Part shown: positions 10,858 to 20,026 of the stretch, in pieces
How the letters are laid out: the number at the start of each line of letters is the position of its first letter
Position numbering within the stretch: the stretch's first letter is position 1
Origin: Octopus bimaculoides
Lineage: Eukaryota
DNA: 40,090 nt
NCBI RefSeq assembly: GCF_001194135.2
Contig: NC_069002.1
Span: forward strand, 24,836,947 to 24,877,036
Direction: 5' to 3'
Program-made: the position numbers and the translations under genes
The notes under the pieces: model-generated
The model's input: the letters and a program-made list of their open reading frames with translations, nothing else
What the model was told of the DNA's origin: nothing
Database searches by the model: none

Positions 10858-11269
10858 AGGCGTAGGAGTGGCTGTGTGGTAAGTAACTTGCTTACGAACC
10901 ACATGGTTCCGGGTTCAGTCCCACTGCGTGGCACCTTAGTCAAGTATCTTCTACTATAGCCTCGGGTCGACCAAAGTCTTGTGAGTGGATTTAGTAGACG
11001 GAAACTGAAAGAAGCCAGTCGTATATATGTATCTATATATGTATATACATGTGTATGTTTGTGTGTCTGTGTTTGTTCCCCCAACATCACTTGACAACTG
11101 ATGCTGGTGTGTTTACGTACCCGTAACTTAGCGGTTCGGCAAAAGAGACCGATACAATGAGTACTAGGCTTACAAAGAATAAGTCCTGTGGTCGATTTGC
11201 TCGACTAAAGGCGGTGCTCCAACATGGCCACAATCAAATGACTGAATCAAGTAAAGAAATAAAAGAATA
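10858..11269 (+). mobile_element. SINE family B, full length (tRNA-like head, CORE-like segment, internal TA/TG microsatellite, 3' half)
   Basis: Both halves recur in the window (19-177, 11721-11807, 31637-31846, 34480-34583, 35092-35530). The CCTT.G.CAAGT.TCTT segment resembles the CORE domain, as I recall for the octopus OR2 SINE. Confidence 0.9.
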
Positions 11270-11720
11270 TCAAGAAATTCAAAGGATTAGACAACAAAAA
11301 TATGTATGGAGAAAATCACATCTTTAATTGTTGAATTTACCTTACAATGCCAACAATTGTTTCTATTGTATTAGCATTGAAATTAATATTTCCGAAAATA
11401 CATTTTAACACAACGTTTTCAAGGCAATCCAAAATTAGTTAAATTCAACGAGAACTAAGGAAACATTTACAGTACACAAACATGTGTGTGGGTGTGGGTG
11501 TGTGTATGTGCATAGTAAGGTGAATTCTACAATTAAAGACGTGATTTTCTCTATCCGTATTTTGGTTATGCAAGGGTCAAGAGGTATTACACTGATGTTG
11601 GTAACTTGTGTGGTAGGTTGCTTAATAAGAATGGGGAGGTCCTGTTTATTTATCTATACAATTAGATAAACTGTTGTTATTAATCAAGTCAGTGTATTAA
11701 GTCTGCTGTATTGTGCAAAA

Positions 11721-11807
11721 GTAGAAGACACTTGCCAAAGGTACCACCCATTGGGACTGAACCCAGAGCCATGTGGTTGGTAAGCAAGTTACTTACCACA
11801 CAGCCAC
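11721..11807 (-). mobile_element. SINE family B head fragment
   Basis: Reverse complement GTGGCTGTGTGGTAAGTAACTTGCTTACCAACCACATGGC... matches 10866-10955. Confidence 0.85.
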
Positions 11808-12502
11808 GGTTATGTATGATAAATGTTTTCACTTTATTGTATATTTGTTTCTTTTTGCATCGGATCTTTGTTATTAATCTTCTATAACAAAGAAGTAGTA
11901 TTCGTTATTTTGCCATTTCTATCTACGAAGCCCAAGAAATGAACGTGCAGTTATAAGCTTGCGAAACGGAGTTTATTTTAACGAGATACCTCTTGAACAT
12001 TGCCCGAGGAGACACATCTGCACCGACGGATGCACCTCAACCAGCTGTATAGTATCCCACCCAGAAGGGATCGATGCTGGATGGGTCGAAATGATTGTAG
12101 TGATCAATGAAGATTTTCGTATTTTCCATCTTCTGTCTCTCTCCCGACGAACACTGAGAAATTTCTGAGACAGATCCTGTGACATTTATAATAATACCGC
12201 AGATGATTTCAGCCAGCCATATGCAGTTTATCGGCAAACTACCAGGTTTATAACATATGTTTAATTAACCACTTTATATATAATGTATGTAATAAAGATT
12301 GCTTTAAAAGCCAGCACAATGCAAATCTTCGGAATTTTATCTCCGAAACTCCGAAATATTGAAATATAAATTAAAGTTTAACCGAACGTTTTAGCTTTCC
12401 TGCTTCTCATTTCACTCAGTTACTTCCAAAGGGCATCGTATTTGCTTTAAGAAGTAATTTTAACACCGCCATTACACACTTTTTCAATAAAACTATACCA
12501 CA

Positions 12503-12539
<37 letters not shown>

Positions 12540-13108
12540 NNNNNNNNNNNNNNNNNNNNNNNNNNNNNNNNNNNNNNNNNNNNNNNNNNNNNNNNNNNNN
12601 NNNNNNNNNNNNNNNNNNNNNNNNNNNNNNNNNNNNNNNNNNNNNNNNNNNNNNNNNNNNNNNNNNNNNNNNNNNNNNNNNNNNNNNNNNNNNNNNNNNN
12701 NNNNNNNNNNNNNNNNNNNNNNNNNNNNNNNNNNNNNNNNNNNNNNNNNNNNNNNNNNNNNNNNNNNNNNNNNNNNNNNNNNNNNNNNNNNNNNNNNNAC
12801 AAAAATATAGAAATTTACTGAAATTTCATTTCAATAGAAGGACATATTGTTGTAACTACATTCCAAGTGGAAAGGAAGAATACAAAAAGCCATTTTGACT
12901 TAGCCAGACCATACAGGCTAGTAATTAATTCTAAGCAGATTTTAACTGTCACTGATGTTAATTGTTTTTTTTGTTTGTTTCATCTTATTAGACCTAGTGA
13001 TTCAAAGCTTAAGAGGGCACCAGCCTTTTCCTTATAGGGAAAGCGGTAAACAATATACATGGATGATGTGGTTATAAAGATTCTTTTGGTTTTAGTGACA
13101 AACTACTA

Positions 13109-13562
13109 TAGGTTAGGGGGTTCTCTACTGGCAGACCAGTTTATAATGGAGCAAAGGAAGTTTAACATAAGGCACCTAGGTCAAAAGTATATAAAATAGA
13201 GTTGCTATACCTGTGTAGATACAGTATATGTTTATTCATAGTTTTCATTAATCAGTATAATGTATCAGTATTGTTTTACATATGCAAAGTTTGGAAAATT
13301 TGAGATACCAATATTTGCTTAATTAATATGTGAATTAATATGTGAATATTAAGAAAATATTGGTATCTCAAATTTTCCAAACTTAACATACGTAAAACAA
13401 TAATGATACATTAATCTAATTAATGAAAACTATGAATAAACGTATACTGTATCTGTACACATATAGCAACTTTATTTTATATACTTTTGACCTAGGTGCC
13501 TTATATTAAGCTTCCCCTGCTCCATTATAAACTGGTCTGCCAGTAGAGAACCCCCTAACCTA
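13109..13562. mobile_element. Foldback/MITE-like element: 213-bp inverted arms, 24-bp spacer, TA at both ends
   Basis: 13111-13323 versus the reverse complement of 13348-13560: 195 of 213 identical by manual alignment, no indels. TA at 13109-13110 and 13561-13562. Confidence 0.85.
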
Positions 13563-13641
13563 CCTTGACGATTTGGACGTCTTTTTATTGTTCATTGTAT
13601 ATACCTTATATAGATATATATACGTATATACATGCATACGT

Positions 13642-14240
13642 GCCACTCATAATAAAAGGGAGTACTGCTGGAATGTCCAATTGAAAACCTCATTAAAATA
13701 TAAACACAATAGACCTGATATAATGATTCGAGATGAAGAAGAAAGACTGTGTAAAGTTTTTGGAAATCAGCTGTCGAGTGGATGTTAACATATAGCTGAA
13801 GATGAGTGAAGAAGTGAATACCTATGCTGAACTATTGAGAAATCTGCAGTTACTTTATCCAGATTACAAGTTCAGGTTTATACCTGTAATTATTGGTGCA
13901 CGGGGATATGTAACACACTGCCTAAATACCAATCTTGAGAAATTAGGCTTCTCAAAACCAGAAAGGGGACAGCTGATTCGAAGACTACAATCCATCAGTG
14001 GAACTGTAAAAATCTTTAAAACTTCCCAGAAGTTTATCATTTATATATGAGCATGTCTACACATGCAACTGTATGCATGAGAATGCATACAGAAAATAAA
14101 ACATACAAATCTACACATATACATATATTGAAAAATACCTTGGTGTTGATGTTGAAATTCCAATGAAAGAGCCTTGGATCTAGGTTAGAAACCGATTCTT
14201 TCTCTATTGGCAAGAAATCTTGAAATAAAGCTGAATAATG
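13642..14240 (+). mobile_element. 3' end of a REL-endonuclease non-LTR retrotransposon (CRE/R4/NeSL-like), decayed
   Basis: REYCWNVQLKTSLKYKHNRPDIMIRDEEERLCKV / LEISCRVDVNI*LKMSEEVNTYAELLRNLQLLYPDYKFRFIPVIIGARGYV...LEKLGF, containing the RPD..E motif. A 3' UTR of about 190 bp ends directly at ACATACATAC. Confidence 0.85.
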
Positions 14241-16033
14241 ACATACATACATGTATACACATACATAAATACAACCATACATACAAATATGTTTGCGTGC
14301 GCGCGTGAATATGTGCATACCCAGGTTTTGTTTTCTACAGTATAAACTCTTCTGTCAATTTCTACTTTCAACTCATCTTCCTTTTCCGTTTTCTTTCCTT
14401 TTTGTAACATCCCCCACCCCTGGTTTATTCATTTATTTCTTTATTTAGTATATATGTTCTTGGGAGGATGGAATAACAACATAATCTATGTTAGATCATT
14501 CTCAGGCTACAAAGACAAATACCTGAAAAATAGAGTAGATTCTTTTACAGAATGATATTTTCCTCCCTCAGAATCAGTAAGAAAAAAAACATTAATTCTT
14601 CATTACATTGTCAGAAGTGATTGATGATAAAAGTGAAGATAAAACGCTTGCGTCAGCGTCAGCGTCAACTGCAATTTATAGATGACTTACTTCTTGCATA
14701 CTGCTTTTCATTCGGAAGAAATATACTCGCGATCGGTTTTCGCTAATCGGAAATGTAGTTTTTGTATCCCAGACAAAATAATGTGAACACCTTCAGAGTG
14801 TTAAAAACAGTTCACATTCAACAAATCTCTATTTCAATCTGTGTTTTCAGTGACTTAAGCAAAATTCAACTCCTAATTTTGAGACTATTTTATCTATTTT
14901 GGTTTATCAAATGACGTAGCATATTGTTTAATGTTATGCAAAGTGCAGGGATGTGGGTGAAAGGAAATAAAAGTTGCGTAGTAGCATTCATTTGTGTGTA
15001 TGTGTGTGTGGGGGGGGGGAGTGTTTTGAGTGCCAGAAAGTAAACCAGAAACCAATATTTAACTGAGACACCAGAGTTTTCTATGACAATATCTTCACCA
15101 AAGTATTTCATCAACGAAGAATATCAACAGATTAAACATCAATAAACAATATGGCACTATAATAAAGAGGTTCTGTAACGTCCATATATTTCTCAGGATT
15201 ATTCAAAGGCAGGAATGTGTAAAATTACTTAAGCCCAGATTCAAATATTTCTGAAGATCTGGTTGATGATGTTAGTCAGGTGATTCCTTCTTTCTCCAAA
15301 ATCTCCACCATTTATCAGACACGAATACAATAAATGATATAGAACTGCTGGATAATTTATCGAATTTCTGATTTTATCTGGGATGATTCCGAAAACCAAA
15401 GAAAATTAATGCAAGGTTTCTCTAACATTTTATACAATCGGCGATTTATATTTATCGAACGCAAAACGAAATAAATGAGAAAATATATATATATATATTG
15501 GGAAGCGGGTGGAGTTTATCAAATTGATATGTTCACTCGAAAACTTTTCGAAATTTCCAAACGAAATAAATAACGGAAGCAAAAAATAAACCAAAAATAA
15601 ATGAAATATAACAGGAAATGACATAAGTGCTACTTTCTTCCATTTGATGTGGCTTATGTTTCTAAGGACTTGATACATGGAATTCTGTGTTGAGATTTCG
15701 ATATTTTTATTATTTTTTTAACCTCGATGTGTCCATGTAATATTAAAATATAGTCATGCTTTTAACAAAGATGAATATAGAAAGAAGAAGGTTGCTTCTC
15801 GTTACGAATAGAAGAAAGAAAAGTTTTAAAAAGTACAAAAAGAAAAATATAGTTAATGGGATAATGGGCTGACTATGGTATAGTTGTAGCAAGAAGTAGA
15901 GAATGGGAATAAAGAACGACTCTTTGGAATGGCAAATTCTAAGTATAAATGTTAAAACAGCCTTAGGGATGCTGGCGGAAATAAGTAAATTAGCTACCGA
16001 TACGGAAACCATGTTTGTTTACAGTCGCACATG

Positions 16034-16730
16034 GCCACACATACACGCACACACACAGATACAGACAGACACACACACACATACATAGAGAGCACACACA
16101 CATACACGCACAGGTACATACGCACAGTCACACACTCATGCACACACAGGGTCACGCAGGGACGCGACTCTAGTTAGAAGAAACTTGGATGCATACACGC
16201 ATAGATGTATGCAAGCATATTCACATACACACTAATAAACATAAATGCACACATACGTACGCATTATCAGTATATTTACGTGTGTTCAAGAACAAGCGAT
16301 ATCTACACAAACAGACATGTACGCGCACACACCCACAAACACGCACATACTCACACATGCAAACACATACAGACATACACACACATACACACACGTACAG
16401 TCAAACTTGAACTTCCTCTTATAGAAATAATGATGCACACACATACGAATACACATAAAGACGCGCAGATACACACATACGTAGATACACACATACATAC
16501 ATACATACATACATACATACATACATACATACATACATAAATACATACACATACTCACATACATACACACATACATACATAAATACATACACATACTCAC
16601 ATACATACATACACACATACATACCCATACTCACATACGTACATACATACTCACATACATACATATATACATACATACATACATACATACATACACGCGC
16701 ATACATATATGTGCGTCCATACTCACACAC
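16034..16730. repeat. Large degenerate (CA)n/(TACA)n field with a microsatellite-derived higher-order unit of about 44 bp
   Basis: ACATACATACATAAATACATACACATACTCACATACATAC occurs twice within 16525-16615. Confidence 0.85.
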
Positions 16731-17420
16731 AGAAGCAAAACAGAAAAACTGAACATAGTTCAAGAGAAGAGGATATTTGAGAAATCACAAAGAATAAAAA
16801 CAACAGACATATTAAAACATTAAAATAGCAATGAGAACAACTGTCTTGATAGAAGATATGTAATAACAATGACTTTTATTTTTATATTTTCTCTACTCCA
16901 TTTATTTTTTTTTATTTCATTTTTCATTTACAAGGGTTTTTCTCTGTTGTGTGAAAATATCATGTTTAGATTAGTGAATGTCTCTTTGGAGAAAATTCCA
17001 CTTATTTCCTTTTGAAGCGCGTGTATAAAGACAAATGCCAGTTACTATCATCCAAAAATTTACTATTCAAAAAGTATTCAGGTCCATTTTCTTTATGATT
17101 TGGTATACATTGTTTTCTTTGTTTTTAAATATCTTTTTTTTATATTTCGCTATTTTTGTAGTATATATTATCCCTTCTTTAATATAGATATTTTTTTTCA
17201 TCTACTTCCTCAAGTTTTTACAGGAAAAACTAAGTTAGTGTGAAGACCAAAACTGAATATTTAGTCTGGGAATAGATAAAAATAGGATCTGTAGAATATC
17301 CAAAATACTTGAAATACATATCTCGCGAAATACATACGTATAAATAGATGTTTACACCCGTTACATTCTACTTCTTGTCTTCTGTGTTGTTCTATTGATT
17401 ATTTTCATTATTATTATTAC

Positions 17421-17457
<37 letters not shown>

Positions 17458-17808
17458 GCTGTTGTTGTTGTTGGTGTTGATGTTGTTATTTCTCTTACGC
17501 TTCTCTTACGTTCTCATTCGCTTCTTACACTCCTATCCTTTTTCTTCTTATATATAACGTAACTGTTATATTATTATGACTAGTTCAAAGGGCAATAAAT
17601 CTTAGTGCAAAGTCGATAACAAATGACAATGGTATAATTCACTCAGCTCGGATGTACATAACTGCTTTTGATAATTCTATTATCATCCGCAACCATTTTG
17701 CATTTTGGCTATTTTCAATGGATTATAAATATATATGTATATATATATACACGCATACATATATACATACATATATACATACATACACACACACATACAC
17801 ACACACAT

Positions 17809-17842
<34 letters not shown>

Positions 17843-18070
17843 TTATAATCCANNNNNNNNNNNNNNNNNNNNNNNNNNNNNNNNNNNNNNNNNNNNNNNN
17901 NNNNNNNNNNNNNNNNNNNNNNNNNTGTGTGTAAGTGCATGTGTGCGTGCAGGCATCTGTGCGTGGGTGCACGTATGGATGTGAGTGAATGTGTCTTTTT
18001 GTGTGTGTGTATATGTGTGTGTGTGTCAGTTGATTCTTGTTTAATGTATTCTTATATATATACAATGGAA

Positions 18071-18400
18071 GGTGCATGGCTCAGTGGTTAGAGCGTCGAG
18101 CTTACGATCGTGAGGTTGTGAGTTCGATTCCTGGACCGGGCTACGTGTTGTTGTTCTTGAGCAAGACACTTTATTTCACATTGCTCCAATTCACTCAGCT
18201 GTAGAAATGAGTTGTGACGTCACTGGTGCCAAACTGTACCAGCCTTTGTCTTTCCCTTGGATAACATCGGTGGGATGGAGAGGAGAGGCCGGTATGCATG
18301 GGCGACTGCTGGTCTTCCATAAACAACCTTGTCCGGATTTGTGCCTCGGGGGGGGGGGACTTTGTAGATGCAATCCCATAGTCATTCATTACCGAAGGCG
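18071..18400 (+). mobile_element. SINE family C, full length (tRNA-derived head)
   Basis: A box TGGCTCAGTGGTTAGAGC and B box GAGTTCGATTCC, then TTCTTGAGCAAGACACTT and TTCACTCAGCTGTAGAAATGAG (a Nin/Deu-like block, from memory). The long body argues against a real tRNA gene. Confidence 0.8.
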
Positions 18401-18470
18401 ATCACAGCAATATATATTGGAATACTAGCTGAAAACGGAGCACTCAAGACATTTTAGTAGAGAAGCACAT

Positions 18471-18522
18471 TTTGAGTATCTGATAAAGGTAACTAAACAG
18501 AAACTTCGAAGTCACTATCAAA
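18471..18522 (+). ncRNA. Degenerate hammerhead-ribozyme relic
   Basis: CTGATAA (core with G8A) ... GAAA, helix III palindrome ACTTCGAAGT, GUC site at 18511-18513, flanks TTTGA/TCAAA complementary. Followed by AATAAA and (TA)-rich repeats. Confidence 0.45.
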
Positions 18523-18915
18523 TAAATTAATGTATATATGTGAATGTATATGTAATGTATACGCACGCACACACACATATATGTACATGCGTGTAGATAT
18601 ATGTTTATGCATGTATGGATGCATGTATATATGTATATATATGTATGTGTGTATATACGTTCGATGGTTCAACCTGACCCAAATTCGATATTAAGTAGAA
18701 ATCTTCAAGGACGATAAAGGTTCTTCATCTCGAGTAGGAAATAAAACGAAAAAGAAGAAAAGAAGAACAACCGAGAAAAATATCAATGGAAGCATTAGTG
18801 ATTTTGATATTGATGGAAAAAAATAAGTTTCGAGGGGACATTATGCTCCTACAATTATTGACAAAATAAAATACTTATAAAAATAGCAATATAAGTATTA
18901 ATATTTATTCTAAAG

Positions 18916-19139
18916 TTAAAGCGGCGAACTGACAGAATCACTAAACACGCCAGGCGAAATGCTTAACGGTATTTCGTCCGCCTTTACGTTCGGAGTTCAT
19001 ATTTCGCTGAGGTCGACTTTGTCTTTCATCCTTCTCAGAGTCTATAGAATAAGTACCAGTTGAACACTGGGGTAGGGCGTCGATGTAATAGGCCTACTCG
19101 CTCCCCGAAACTTCTGGCATTGTGCCAACATCTGGAAAC
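18916..19139 (+). mobile_element. SINE family A with a 16-bp target-site duplication
   Basis: AATATTTATTCTAAAG at 18900-18915 and at 19140-19155 flanks a complete copy. Confidence 0.9.
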
Positions 19140-19283
19140 AATATTTATTCTAAAGCTATTTACACCGTTGTTGCTGTGACTGTATCCTTTCGGTCTTGAT
19201 TAAAGATCGTTGCATTAAATATCATTGCAAGAGTCAAACTCTGAGAGACTAAAATTGTTGAAAGTAAATAAAGGACAAATCTG

Positions 19284-19553
19284 TATTGTTATGTTTCGGG
19301 GTGGTCATTTCTTTCTTTTTCTTTTTCTTTTTTTTATTTTTTGCCAATTAAACACATGCATTATATATTCATGCTTCACTTCGCATTTATTATTGCTTAT
19401 ATTGTATGACCTTTGTCTGGAAATTTTTTGTTACACATCTTGTGACCTCTTCAGCGACACCCCATCCCACGAATCTCTACCTGTTCTGTTTGGTCCATTC
19501 TGGCAAAAATTGAAAATGAAAAACAAAAATGACCTTCCCGAAATATAACAATA
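19284..19553. mobile_element. MITE-like element with imperfect terminal inverted repeats
   Basis: 19284-19310 versus the reverse complement of 19527-19553: 24 of 27 identical. Similarity continues through the T-rich/A-rich tracts to TTTTGCCA/TGGCAAAA. TA at both ends. Confidence 0.6.
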
Positions 19554-19830
19554 TCTGTTTCAACAAACAATTTCGCATCAGGAATCTTGCAAAACAGATA
19601 CATAAACGCAAGGAATGTCAAATCATTATAATTCATTTTGAAACTGAAGCGTACAAGAGTCTCTTCCTTACCCAGATCTTACACGACTGGAGAGTGGATT
19701 TTATAGAGATTGTTAGCAGGATGCGCTTTCGTGAGTTAAAATATAATTCGAAGAAATTATATAGGTTTTATTATAATCGACTTTCGGCTGAATGCTTAAT
19801 ATATGAGCTTTTACTGTCCCTACACGATAG

Positions 19831-20026
19831 ATATTCGTTTCTACTCTAGGCACAATGCCCGAAATTTTTTTTGGGAGGGGGGAGCAGTCGATTAGATCGA
19901 CTCCAGTACACAACTGGTACTTAATTTATCGACCCCGAAAGGATGAAAGGCAAAGTCGACCTTGGCAGAATTTGAACTCAGAACGTAAAGACAGACGAAA
20001 TACCGCTAAGCATTTCACCCGGCGTA
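19831..20026 (-). mobile_element. SINE family A, well-preserved copy, 5'-truncated
   Basis: High similarity to the reverse complement of 28730-28905. Confidence 0.9.

Noticed and set aside
14160-14212. Hammerhead-like arrangement in the REL element 3' UTR
   Set aside because: Core and helix III both deviate. Only a CCAAT/ATTGG-closed structure is supportable.
15743-16012. Hydrophobic 89-aa minus-strand ORF resembling a GPCR TM2 (SVANLLI..P)
   Set aside because: T-rich sequence translates as hydrophobic by default, and no downstream GPCR motifs (Cys, DRY) are present.
18071-18145. Apparent tRNA gene (also 39567-39635)
   Set aside because: A and B boxes are present, but the stems are imperfect and the sequence continues into a SINE body.
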